A stretch of 64,000 bases of DNA, taken from positions 5,084,001 to 5,148,000 of the forward strand of contig CM022676.1 of the NCBI GenBank assembly GCA_012295275.1, written 5' to 3'. A model generated the notes under the pieces. It made no database searches and had not been told where the DNA came from. It saw only the letters and a program-made list of their open reading frames with translations. Source of the stretch: Chrysomallon squamiferum. Its lineage: Eukaryota > Animalia > Mollusca. Positions 43,208 to 57,522 of the stretch are shown piece by piece. A program made the translations under genes and the position numbers. The stretch's first letter is position 1. Each line of letters starts with the position of its first letter.

Positions 43208-44056
43208 GGCGAATGCCAGAAAACCAGCAATTGTCAGAACTCTGTCATCTATGTTTATGATACATATCCCAGTTCGCATTACAGCATGGCCATTTTTTAT
43301 TCAGTGTTCCCCTTGTTTGTATCATAATACAGCAAATCATATATTTGTAGGTCTCAGTTCATGAAATAACTTCTAACAGAAATGTTCATCACATTAATAA
43401 TTAACCAATAAATTAAACAATGTATATAATAAGTGCTATTTAATTATCTTTTATTCATATATGTATGTTTTTATGTATGTATGTGTAAAACCATTTCAGA
43501 ATTTAAAAAAACAACAACAACAGCTTTCATATATTTGTTTTATTTTATCAGGTACAGTAGAATTGCCATAAATAATATCTATCATTTGACCATTATGAAG
43601 TATATTAAAGTAGTAATTTATAATGAAATTATATTATTCACAATTTTAAGAAAATAATATTCTTGGATTTCTAACTTATTATTATTATATAATTTAATAT
43701 TTTCTTAACTATGGGAAAAAAAATACTAATGTTCCTCAACAAAGAATATAATTGACGTATTATAAAAAAAAAAATCATTTTCCAAAATTCAAAAAAGTAT
43801 TATTTACATTTTAAGAAAAAAAAGAGAGGGAAAATGCGTTTCTTGAATTTTTACCTTTATTATTATAATTTATATAATTTAATTAGGTTACTTTTCTATA
43901 AATTTATTGAAAAACAAATATGATTTTATGAAAATGAACATTGGAACAAAAAGACATATGAAAATATATATACCATTAATTAAGAACGAAAAATTTAAAA
44001 CACAATTTCAGTAACCAAAACTGAGATTTATCAAACATTAAATATATTTTGTGGTT

Positions 44057-44099
<43 letters not shown>

Positions 44100-45698
44100 C
44101 TCAGCCCAGAGAGAGAATCAGAATCTGAATTCTGTGAGAAAACTTGCATAACAAATTGAAATTCAGTAACACATAAAGAGCAACAAATGTGTTTAAACCA
44201 TTTAGCAATATATATTTTCCCTTATTTTGGCTATTCCTTGATTTTGTTACTCTGAAACAGCACCCTCATGTGAAATTAATTTGACCTGGTGGTACTTAAT
44301 TATCCCCATCTGCTCAGGATTACTGCAATAGGCAATTCCTCCCAAAAAAATTTTGACAAATATTGCTGCAGCATGATCAGTACTGTCACGTTTATTCTAA
44401 ATAATGAAAAATAAATTTAAAAAAAAAAAAAAAAAAAATCTTCAAGGTATTCCTCGTGGAATGATAAATGACATGTAGTCTGCAGTTTCCCCCCAGCTGA
44501 CTCTGTTCAGCTGAAATATTACTATCCAAGCAGTGATTATTACTGACGATATTGTCGTAAGAATGATAGACCGAATCACATCTGAAATGGAATAATAATG
44601 AATTAAATAGAAGTAGAAAAATGAATTTCTATGGTTTAATTAAAAATAATGAATTAGAATGAACATTTTTATGTGCAGATGTTGAAGATTATTTGCACAA
44701 AAAATTAAATCTTGAACAGAGAAATTTAACCCATAAGGACATTTTATGCATTGACATCATGGCTGTGCATTTCTAAGGTTCTTTGCTTGGTGAAAAAATG
44801 TTAATAATCTGAAAATGTTTGTATTCAGACAGAAAAACTCAGATAAACCTTTTCATTGACTATTTGACTGATTGACTGACTGGTTGATCAATACATTGAT
44901 TGACATTATCTGACTGACTGATTGACTGAGAATGAGTGACTGATCAACTGACTGACTTACTGCAATATTGATGGACTGATTCGTTTGATGTTTTGTGATT
45001 TTTTGATTGATTGATTAACTGACTGATTGGATTGAAGGATTTATTTACTGATTAAGAAATGAAAAATAAACAAACTTACAAGTCTTGATTTGTTTCTGCT
45101 CTTCATAAGCAGGTCTTCTGAAAGCCTCGTTGAAGAACCAGACCGAATTGACAAACCACAGAAATGGCAACATTGCAAAACCTCCTGAAATGTAGGTTGT
45201 TTTAATAGATACATTTCAAATGAATGAACAAATAGTTTCAAGATAGTCTTTATAACATTATCAGAATATCTGGGGTTGGTTGCATTTTTTTTTTTTTTTT
45301 TTATCTCAAGTTTGTGATTCTACAAACAGAATTTTCCACTTCTAGAAGCTAACATTTTTCCTAATATTATCTTTCTTAATGGCTTTTCAGATTCATGATT
45401 TTAAAAGAAACTAGAATACACTCTCTTTTATCTATATAGAGGATTACCAAAGTTGCTTAAGTCAAAATAAGGTATTATTAATTTTAATGGATCATGATGA
45501 AAATTAAAATTCAGTACTTATAGCTGGATAGATAATGGTCTTTTTTTTTATATAACAAATCATTACACACAAACACACACACACATGTACAGATATTTAA
45601 TATCAGAGTAAAATTATTAGTATAACTCCTGTAAATATTATTTTTAATTCAACATATATATAAAATATACAATAATATATCTCTCTACCTTTTTCTGT

Positions 45699-45738
<40 letters not shown>

Positions 45739-47018
45739 ACACAGACAATGTTTTGTTAAATAATTAAATAAATGAGTCACCTAGATAGTATTTCCGGCAC
45801 AACTCCAACTTCTCTTCATTTTTCATTTTTCTCATATCCATGTTGATTTTCTAAATTAATAACAATATTAACTTATATTTAAGATAAATGTATTATAAAA
45901 TATGCAACTGTAAAATATTTACCATTTATTAAATAGTAAATGTTAACAAGATGGCATTTTCTAGTCACTGATCAGTGTAATGTAATAACAAATATTTCTC
46001 CATTAAATAATTATTACGAGAATAATTATAATGTGGACGCAAAGTATCACAGAACTGAATACTATTAAATGGTTGATTGGTTCAATGGTTGTTTTTGTTA
46101 ATTTAGTGTAATCGTGATTTTATTATCTTTATTCTTTTCAGCGGAAAATATTACATTTTCTTGAATCATCTGATTAAATCATTAAATATTCTTAGATTGT
46201 TTATATTTTTGTGAAACGTCTTTAAACATGTATACTATAAAATCATGTTCATATTTCATATTAAATACTAAATTAAACTGATCATCAGAGACCAATTAAT
46301 GAATCATCTGTTGTCATCAGGTGTCACACTCGTGACACTGTCAGTGAATCGAGTGTCGACGATTTTCATTTTCGATTTTGACATCATTTGAAATGGTAAT
46401 GTGAATATTAATATACTATAATAGTGCCTATTCAATTAATCGTTTATGAAAAATAATAATATATTTAACTTACTTTATATAACTCAGCTCAATTACAAAT
46501 CAGTACATTAACTTAATCATTTCTTTGTTTTCTTAAGTAACTTCCGCTTGGAATATTTATCCACCCAAATGGATCGGAGTACTTTATTAAACTGATATTT
46601 AGTCCACATCAAAAATTCCTTCTATTTTGTATAGAAATGTGGCGGATCAAAATAAATGCATGGTGGTATATCAGAGACGGGGGGGGGAATGTAAACTAGA
46701 CTGCGCACTGAAGGCTTTTTAATTGGGCTGTCATCGCCTTATAATGGTTGCCTTCCGATAATGGCAAAAATTACTTGCTCAACCCATTTACTAGTCCAAA
46801 ATCTGTCTGGGAAAACTTTAAAACACGATTTTGGATTACTTGTGTTTCATACATGATAAATTAAAAAAATATATTTTCCACAAATGATTGTTCCTGTTCG
46901 AATGTACAAATAAGTATAATTATATCAACATACTTATCTAACATTACAAAATAAATAAATAAATAAATAAACAGAACAAAACAAAACAAACCACTCATAA
47001 TAAGATTAAGTGAGTCTT

Positions 47019-47072
<54 letters not shown>

Positions 47073-47941
47073 GTTTTGTATTTTGCAGATCATACTTATG
47101 CCACGGTCAAGCTTTTGAGTTTTTACCCTTACCGGAAGTTATACCTGTTTTACATGGTTTCAAGTCTCGTGCACAGTCTAGCTATTATTGACGTAGATGC
47201 TATATTTGTTATTTTGCAAGCTAAAGCATTCGGCTTGGTAAATCAGTTATTACGGTAAATAATAAATCTGAATATATTATTATATCATACTTGTATAGTT
47301 AAGTGCTTATGTATTGAAATAGTGTAAAAAGTTTAATTTTCAATCTTTCGTTTTAATGATTTTTATGGATTCCAATTTATATGATTATGACTGTCACTAT
47401 GATAGTTTGAGTGTGAATAATGAAGTATCAGACTCATACTGCGACTATAAACAATGAATTATGAATACGATTAGGAATTTGCAGCATTTGTCATCACTTC
47501 ATGCGATGCAAGTTCAGTTCTCCGTACTGAGCTACTTTTCTTGTTAAAATCATTTTTTTTTACAGTCGTTTTGTAATTATATTTTGTAATCGATGTAAGA
47601 TAAAATAAAGAGCTATTATCGCCCCCTCCAAACTTTGTTAACAGTTACATTACAATTTGCAGTGTTACACAGTAATGAAGTATTTATTTGGTAGGCTTAA
47701 TATCAAAAAGGAGGACATTACTTTTTTATGCAAAAGGTTGCTTTATTATTATATAAAATTTTATATATAATGATGATAAATTAATAACATAAATAAACAA
47801 ATAAAAGAATTAGAAAAAGAAAATATGAAACAAAAAATAGTAATAATGAAAATACATTCCAGTTGATTTATAATAAATCTTTATGTACAAATTAATTAAG
47901 CATGTATATTTATATTTTCAGAAATCTTCTTATTTCTCAAG

Positions 47942-50194
47942 ATGTTTTCAGTTGTTACAAAAACTATGCTGAAAAATGTCATTAAACACACAGACACCCA
48001 TAACAGAGTAAGTTGCGGTTTATATCACTAAGTAATAATGTTATTAAATGGAAGTCGAAGTTGTATATGTGTCAATATATGTGAGTTATTTAAAATATTT
48101 CTTTATACATCCAATTTATGTTTTTTTGTTTTGCATGATCTATCATTGGTAATAATATATGATTTGTGATAAAACATTTATGACTGTTACTGTTGTTAAT
48201 ATTCTATTTGTGTATGTTTATTTCTGTTTTATTTTATTTTTGATAGCTAAAGCTTGATTTAGTCATATTGTGCTGGTGATATTTAAAAAAAAATCTTTGT
48301 TTATTTAATTGATACTTTAAAAAAAAAATTGTATTCGATTTTATTTATAAAGCATAACTATGTTGATAAATAATTATTGTATTAGTATCTTCATCTGAAT
48401 CTAATTAATTTATGTATGTTGTGCATATGTTACTCTGTGTATGTGTGTGTGTGTAAATATATGTATTATGTATGTATATACATGTGTGCATGTATGTAAA
48501 GATATATACATACATATATTTATATGAGTGTGTGGGTGTGTATATTTAGATATTGAATCACAGATATATATATATATATATATATATACATACAGTATAC
48601 ATATTACATAGATATTACATACATATTTATAGATATTACATACATATTCATACAAATTGCCTACATACATACATACATATATATATACCATATTACATAC
48701 ATACTCATACATATTGCATACACATACAGATTGTTGAAGAAACTGATATGTGGAAGCAACTGGATCAAATCAAGACTGATCCACGACAATCGTTTCTTTT
48801 CGACGATCGCTACGACATGTCCAGAGATCCACATCGTCGTGGATCGCGTCATGCTCACATGGACGATGGTGACGACAGGGGTGTTGGAGAAAGAAAACAG
48901 AGCACGTACTGGCAGCGTCAGCTGCAGAAAGCAGAGGAGGCTGATCCTGATAGGCAAGTAATTACATCACAACGTCAACATTTAACAGTGTTAAAAAATG
49001 TTTGTGTGGGGGTGTGTCTGTGTATTTATGTGCGTGTGTGTGTGTGTGGGGATGTATATGTGTGTGTGTGTGTATATATGTGTGTGTGTGTTTGTTCATA
49101 TATATATATATATATATAGATATGTATGTGTAGTTTTATATATATATAATATATACAGAGCTTTGATGATATAATGATATAATGTCACATCTGAATACAA
49201 GATTAAGCACCACAATAGGATACATTGAATCGATTCTGGAAAAACTGAATTATTGGTTGTTACAGTTAATCACTCCTCTCTGAACTAAAAACAAATCTCT
49301 TTGTGTGTGTGTCTGTGTGTGTTTAGAGATGAAAATGAATGTATATAAGAAATAAATAGAACTTTCAAATTGTTTTTAAAATGAGAGATTGGGATATAGT
49401 AGCAGGGGACATAATTTTTGTTCATCTCATAAACCAGTTTAACATATCTTAAATGTTTTGTTTTTTTCAGACTGTTTTAGTATTCGTAGTTTTCAGTGAA
49501 ATCTAAATACATAATTACAAGATTACACAAATACCATAATAAGGCCATAAACATTGAATTATTTCATTTTTGCTACAACTATGTAACTTTTCATTTATTT
49601 TTTTGTCTTCCTCTAAAACAAAAAACAAAAAGCCAGTACATTTTCAAATTGTCCATTGTTGATGTTTTGGGGTTTTTTTTTTTTTTTTTTTTTTTTCTCA
49701 CAACATGATGGTTTCAGAAAAATTATTCTTTTTGTTACTGACACTGAAGTCACATTAATTAAATATAAACATATATTCAATAGTGTTAGGTTTTCTAGTT
49801 TTGACATTTGATGAAATATTTATTTATACTTATAGCATGTCCAAAAAAGATAGTGGATTTCAAAACTGTCTATACGCATGTAAAAATAAATCTGTATGGA
49901 AATGTCTGTTACATTTCTTTGATATGTATCAAACTCTGCACTGATTAGTATAAAATAGTTGACACTATGTCATTCAGCTGTTTAATTGCTAAAATGTATG
50001 TAAAGTTATTTATATATTTTCTTAAATGTATAAATCTCATATTTTTACATGTGAATTATTGAAAATAAAATGTACCTAATATTTCCATGCATACTCAGTA
50101 ACAGCTAAACTATTTAAAAGGTAGGATTCAACATTTATATATGATGATGGGTTTTTTTTCTTTTTCTTGTTCCATTTCATTATATTTTAATCAA

Positions 50195-50225
<31 letters not shown>

Positions 50226-53200
50226 GACTATTTCAGTATATCTGATCATTTTGTTTTTCATATTGTGGTTTCTCCTTTTAACATTTATAAATGTGAAGGC
50301 TCTTTCTTTTTTTTTTTTTTTTTTTTTTTCCATAAAATGACTTTAATTGACAATTTCTCATTTGTTTTTTAATGATATTCAACTTGTCAGTACATGTCAT
50401 ATTTTATTTCTCATTTGACATTTATAGCTTAAAATAATATTCTGATTCTGATGTTTCTTTTTTTCATTTGTATATCTGTGTGCACATGCACATACTTGTA
50501 AATACATAATGTACTAATATATGTAAACTATCAATTTTTATATTTAATTATTTATTTTAATTTAATTTTGTTTCAGGTGGGGACATAGTGGGTTCAGGGA
50601 ATTGTACCCAGACAATTTCAGAAGTGACCATTCTGAAGATTCAGGAGATTCTTTGAGAACAAAGAGAAAAAAGTAAGTGTAGAAGAAATGTTTTAATTTA
50701 TTAATTATTATTATTAGCAGTAGTAGTGGTGGTGGTGATAGTGGTATTATTATTATAATAATTATTATAATATTGTAGTAGTTATTACTATTGTTAGTTT
50801 TGTTATTACAGTTATTACTGTGATTATTATGTATCATTATTAATTACTTTGTTTATTTTCTAATTTTTTATTCATTTATTTATTTATTTATTGTTATTAT
50901 TATTATTATCTTTTTATTATTGTTGTATTGTAACTTAATTTATTATTTTTATTTTTATTTTTTTTTGTTTATTGTTATATACAATGTCCTTAATATGAAT
51001 GATTAAAAATGTATTCAAGTGCATTGTTAAATAAAATATTTGTTTCTATTTTTCCTGTCTTTTATACTAACTTTTTATTTCACATTATATATATCATTTA
51101 TAACAGACTGGTTCTTTTTTTGAATTGTTGTTAAGTATAATTATTTGCTACAATATAAATTTTTGACAGCCTCAAATACTCATAAATGTGCTGTAAAAAA
51201 GGGATATGACTTATATGTGTGTGTGTACACCCAAGCGAAACTGGATCCTAATTTTATAACTTATAGAAAAAAATTATATGATATGTGTTTATGTTTCTGT
51301 ATATGTATGTTTGTATGTTCATATGAATATTTGTATGTATGTATGTATGTATAAATAGAACTTAATAAAATAAGTAAGCATGTCATATTCTTATAACAGA
51401 TAAACTCAGGTTTAGATAAACAACAAATTTACTGTTTATGTTTCATTTTTGCAGAAAGAAAGAAAAGAAGAAGAAGAAAAAGAAACACAAGAAGTATGGA
51501 CAAGAAGTGAAATACAAATCTAGTCATCTAAGAAGTAGGTATGACTCTTCTAGCGATTCAGAAAGTGATGATAATTATAGGAAAAAGTCCTCTCTAAATC
51601 GAAATACATCTGGTGAATCTTCTGGTAAAAGCAGGAAATATAGACTGGATAAGAAGCGAACACGTTCCATTGAATCATATGATGATAATAATCAAAAAAG
51701 AGAGAGTAAAAAAACTGGATTGAAAAGCAGCGACAAGAAAAGGAAAAACGAGCACAAGCAAAGGAACAGATATTCAGCTGGTTCCGAAAGTGATGACGAT
51801 GATGATGTTGATGATGATAGGAAATTACAGAAAAGAAGAGGTCATTTTTCAAGTGCATCATCATCATGATGATGATGATGATGATGATGACGATAAATGC
51901 ATTGACAAAAATAAAGTTGTTGAAAGAAGGAGGAACCTTTCAAAGAAACAGATACCACAGATGCAAAGAAACCATCATGCAAGTTCATCATCTTATGATA
52001 ACAAAGAAACCTCCAAGAATAAACTTGGATCAGTGCATAAAAAAAATGAAGATTATAAAAGTAAAAATGGGTTGAAACAATATACAGCTGATTCTGATGG
52101 TGAATACCATAAAAGGAATAATAAATTGTCCAATAAAAAGCAACATTCAACTGATTCCGAAAGTGAGGACACTAAAAGCAAAGATGGACTGGTGCGTAAA
52201 AAACGGCATTCAGGTGATTCTGAAAGTTACGACCATAAAAGGAAATGCGTGTCCCAAAAGCGAGGTCGTTCAAGTAATTCTTCAGATGAGGGTGAGAAAC
52301 AAAAGCGCCAAGATCACAAGAAACAACCACAATCATTAACAGATGACCATAAAAGGAAATACAGATCAAAGAGAATAAGAAATCATTCAAGTGAATCTTC
52401 TGACGATGGTGAAAACCAAACAGAAAAATCGTCCAAGAATAAAATTATTCCAGAAAGACAGAGCCATGCAAAGACACATAAATCACTGAAACGAAGGAAA
52501 AGAAGTTGTTCAGGGGATATTTCTGATAATGTTCATGAACTCAAGAATAATTTAAGGCCTGCTTATGAATCAGAAAGTGATGCCAGCTACAAAAGTAAAA
52601 ATGAACAGTCACATAAGAAGAGATCTTCGATTGATTCAAAAAGTGACGACCTTAAAAGGAAAAAGGAAAATAAACGTCTGCATTCCAACAAACTGGAAAG
52701 CGGTGACTATAAAAGGAAATATGTTCCACAGAAGAGAGGTGATTCAATGGATGATGATAGCCAAGAACCCATGAACAAATTGTTCAAAAACAAATCTTTT
52801 GAAAATAACACTGATGGAAAAAAAATTGAACAGTCAAGTGATTCAGAGAATGATGAGCCGAAAAGAAAAAGCAAAAAATTAGCAAAGAATAAAAACTCCA
52901 GCGCTTCTGAAAATGATAGTTTTAAAAGTAAAAGTTCTAAATCAGAAAAGAGGTCTTCTTCTGAGAACAACAGATCTGAAAGTTTCAAAGACATTCGTGA
53001 AAAAAAGTCTAAATTTTCAAAGAAAATTAGAAACAGAGATGCGCAAAATGTCGACAGCCTTGATGTTACGAGGAAAGATTTCAGAAAAGACAGCACAGAA
53101 AGAAATGAAATTCGCATTAAAGTAGAAAACGAACCAGATAAGAGAGTGGTTCTTGTGACAGAAGAAAATACAAGGAGAGATTTCAAGACAGTTCTCTTGA

Positions 53201-53226
53201 ACTGTCAGAAAATAAAAAAAGAATAG
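47942..53226 (+). CDS. NKAPD1: NKAP domain-containing 1 (C11orf57) homologue; last exon frameshifted near 51867
   Basis: Exons 47942-48007 (MFSVVTKTMLKNVIKHTDTHNR), 48730-48953 (IVEETDMWKQ...EEADPDR), 50577-50672 (WGHSGFRELYPDNF) and 51455 onward (Lys/Ser/Asp-rich). These match recalled human motifs [22 protein letters not shown] and DRWGHSGYKELYP. As written the frame stops at 51869; similar low-complexity sequence stays open in the +1 frame to 53226. Confidence 0.88.
48954..50576 (+). other. GC-AG intron in NKAPD1
   Basis: Donor AG|GCAAGT. Only this phase-2 site joins to acceptor tttcag|GTGGGGA to give the conserved DRWGHSG; the nearby GT (48958) is out of phase. Confidence 0.88.
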
Positions 53227-54514
53227 CTGTTAGAGATTTGTCGAAATAATCCACGAATTCTGGACAAAATAGAAACATGCCTTATTCGTGATGATAACTG
53301 TAAAAAAAATAAGTTACAAAGAAACATAAAAATAAGAAAAAACTTAAACATTCAAGCAACTTCTCTTGAACTTCATGAAATGAATAGCTGTTATTTGTCT
53401 AAATAATCCACGTAAAAAAAAAAAAGTTACAAAGAAACATAAAAATAAGAAAAAACTTAAACATTCAACATACAACACTTATGAAAGTAGTCAGCAATCA
53501 TCACTATAGAAAAAGATGCCATTTATATACATAAAAACTATCAGAACTGAGGTTAACTGGATTTGCAAAAAATTTTCTCATATATTTAATAATAACTATA
53601 TTACAAATTCCATATGTGATGTTCTTATTAATACTACTCTATTTGTACAATAATAATTAATGTGACAGAAAATGGTCTGCATTATGAAGATAAACATCAA
53701 AACAGAGCTATATGATGTACAAATTCCTAAACTGATATCTTTAATACTACCAGTACTAGTAATTGACATTCAGTGGTGCATGTAACAGAAGTCAGTATAT
53801 CAGAAAGGTAAAACTTGTATAGATAAAACAGGCCAGGCCAGTATAATAGGAGATAAACAAATCTAAATTGGCAGAAAAAGATAATTAAGCCATGTAGGTA
53901 TATCTTACGAAGATTAATAAATATGTCATTGATTGATTAATTCGACATATATTTTTTCCAAAGATGATTAGTACATCATGCAGTTTATAAAAACAAATAT
54001 TTCAGTGTTGGATATACATATATGTGATCTGATTTTCTTGTTATATATTTAAAAAAAAAAAAAAAAAAAAAAAACATTATGAAGGTGAAGGTGCAAGTTA
54101 GAAAGGTAAATAAAAATTAACATATCATTATTGAGTAAATGTTTATCAAATTTCACTAAATGGTGCTGATATTTATGTGTCTTTGTCATATATGACTTGT
54201 TATATACATCTTTAAAAACCAGAAATCGTTTTGAGAAGTTTTTTTACATTTATTAATTTTTGTTTTTAATTTACTATTATTACGCAAAGCAAAAGAGAAA
54301 CATTTGCATTGTTTCTAATGTCACATCCTTGTGTCAGCTGTCCCAGTTTGCAGTGCAACACAGCCATTTTAATTCCCTGTTTATAAGTGTTAAAAGGGCA
54401 AATGATATAAATGTATTCCTAGTTTGTGTAATTCCATCCATCATAGATATATTTCATATTAATAATGTGCTAGTTTCAAACTTCATATATTGCTGCTGAA
54501 TTCTGTACAGTATG

Positions 54515-54795
54515 TTACTATGTATTGAAGTTCTGATTCTATTACTGAAGTACATACAGCATAGTATTTAAGTTTATATGCTATACTACTGAAGCTTAAA
54601 CAGTATAATACTGAAGTATATACAGTACACTACTGAAATTTATTCAGCAAAGTATTGAAGTTTATATGCCTTACCACTGATGTTTGTACACTATACTATT
54701 GAAGTTTGTACACTATACTACCGAAGTTTATGCAACATACTGTTGAAGTTTATACAGTATATTACTGACATTCAGGCAGTTACTATTGAAGTTTT
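54515..54795. repeat. Degenerate ~24-26-bp minisatellite
   Basis: Recurring tactgaagtttatacagtata-like unit. Confidence 0.75.
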
Positions 54796-57264
54796 GAGTA
54801 CTTCAGAAAAGAGGGAAATCTCCATACACAGACAATCTAATTTGGAAAATTGTTAAGTTTTGAAATAAAACAGATCATTAATTTATTTCTTCATTGATAG
54901 CATAAATATAATAATTATTTTCTTAGTTTTCTTGGTTTATTGTGTTTGGGTCCAATAACTGTCGGAATTAATGACTTGGCATTTTTGTTTTTTTTAATTT
55001 GTTTGTGTGTATGTGTGTGTGTCTTAACATATTTTTTTTTAAATGACTTACAAGTCAAATTGAAAACAAATATGATTGTTGATATTAATATTAATGAAAT
55101 GGACTTCCAGACACAAATTTATTTTACCTGGTTAAATTATAATAACTTATATAATCATAGATTTTTTTTCCCATTCCAACTTTTTAATGAAATTAAAGCA
55201 GATGTTAAAGCAGTGTTGTGATAAAGAAAAAAAATTATATTAAAAAAAATGTTCTTTATTTATTTATGGAAGTGTGGTTTTAAATAATTATATATTAATT
55301 TTGTTGCTTTTTTTTCTTTTTTTTTTTTCCCTGTGGTTTTTAATATTTTACCATATGGGGTTATTTTATATTGTAAATTACATATTATCATTTTGTTTGT
55401 TGAGCAAATTGGCAATGAATTAAAAAAATTGAAAACATTTACCCCTCTGTTATTTTTAATTGTATGACACCCACCCACACACACCACTGATTCATTATTT
55501 ATTTATTTATTGTTGTTTGTTTTTTCACAATGTTCTTATTACATAAATAACACAATTACTGATGCATAATTATTAATATCTGCATAGAAAATTTCTAAAC
55601 ACCATGGTAAGTGGTGTCCTGCTACTGAACCTTCACTATATTCACAAATCCATAATTTTCACTGGACATGGCTGGAAACACATATAGTCAGAATACCAAA
55701 AAGAAAAAGAAGATTCAAATAATCTTTTTAATTGACATTTTTAATTTGGATAATGTGTATGTTTGGATATGGTTATATATATATATATATATATATATAC
55801 ATACACACGTGTGATTTTGTATTCATGTGTCAGCATTTTAAAGTTAAAAGTATCAAATTAAAATTAATAATAATTCAGATACACATTAGATATTCATTGC
55901 TAGTGGGTTTTGAAAGCAATATCAATATAAAACAAAAATTTAATCATAATAATCTAGTAATATTTCATTACTAGTTATGCTGACAGCTTTTTAAAAAACA
56001 AAAAACAAAGATAATGTGTTAATAATATTGATTAAAGATATATATATAAAATTTTATACATGTTCTAGGTCTAAATTAAAACTCGAACAATATGGCTGAC
56101 ACAAAAATGTTTATTAATAAAATGATGGGCATGGGACACATTTTACAAGATGAACCTGAGGGAGAGACAGGAATAAGAATGTGAAAACATTCAAACATTT
56201 GATAAACACAATAAATAAAACATATCAGACGTTTGTTGTTTGGCAAAAACCTGATTGTTGCTTCTGCTCTGTTTCCATTTATTATTTTTTAGATTATTTT
56301 TTTTTTAATGTTTTTAGTAATTTAAAAAAGAATTATCACTAAAACTGTTCATTCACACATGAGAATAATGGAAAAATTAAAACGTATCACAGAATCTGAA
56401 TGTGGAAGTTAAACGAACTTTTAGCTCTTTAGCTATAAATACAAGTATGTGTGTGTATTTAATATATACACACGTTTATATATTTGTACACTGATAGGAT
56501 TTGTAGAAATTTTAACCTGTAAGGAACACACATACTATGTGTAGAAACATGGTAAGACAATAATCACACAGAAATTCAGAAAAACATTTTTGTCCTTGAT
56601 GTTTTAAAATAGAGGATCACAACTGTTTTAACGCAAACAGATAAGCTTTTTTCCATGAAAAACGTACCCTTCATGTTAGAAAAATACATAAATTTCTACA
56701 ATATCTTTATACTTTTGATTTTTTGTTAATATGAATCAAATATCACAGCAGATTGCCTTGACAAACATTTTGTCTCTTGTGTATTAATATATCCATATAT
56801 ATATTTTAGAACTTGTTTTTAACTTGCAGTTTAGAACTAAAAGTTATTCAACATTTTTCTTCATATTTTTTAAATTATATTTTGTTCAGATATTCACTGC
56901 TCTTTTTAAATTAGGTTTTTTTTTTTTTTTCTTTAAACAGTTCTTTAAATAAATATTTTTTAAATAGATCTATACATTAATTTTTTATTTAAATTTTAGA
57001 ACTAATGTGTTTTTAAACTGTTCTAAATATTTTTTGTTTTGTTTATTTTAGTTAATGTGTTTTTTTGTTTTTTTTTTTTTTTGCTGTTGGATCAGAATTA
57101 AATTTTAAATATAAAAAATTTTAAATATATTTCTTCTAAACAATTTCAAATTTAACTCTTTTTTTTTTTTAGAACATTGCCAAATTTAATTTATCTCTTA
57201 TTAACAATTATCTTCTGAATAAACTGTTAATTAATATAAAAAAAAAATTTAATTTTTCTGAAAA

Positions 57265-57478
57265 AATTTTAATTTAGCTTCATATTTTAATAACTGTGAT
57301 CAGAATTAAGCAGTTTATTATGAAAAATAAAATAACTTTTCTTCAGATCAATTCCAGACTTATTATACCAGTTTTAATTTAGCTTCATATTTTAATAGCT
57401 GTGATCAGAATTAAGCAGTTTAATACAAAAAATAAAATAACTTTTCTTCAGATCAATTCCAGACTTATTATACCAGTT
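57265..57478. repeat. Near-perfect ~106-bp tandem duplication in the RSPH1 3' region
   Basis: ttttaatttagcttcatattttaata.ctgtgatcagaattaagcagttta...cagacttattataccagttt occurs twice. Confidence 0.9.
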
Positions 57479-57522
57479 TATGTTGAGAATTAAAATGATG
57501 ATTATGAAAGATTAAAATAATT

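Noticed and set aside
52707-53186. 159-aa hydrophobic ORF on the minus strand
   Set aside because: Antisense shadow of the Lys/Glu/Ser-rich NKAPD1 tail.
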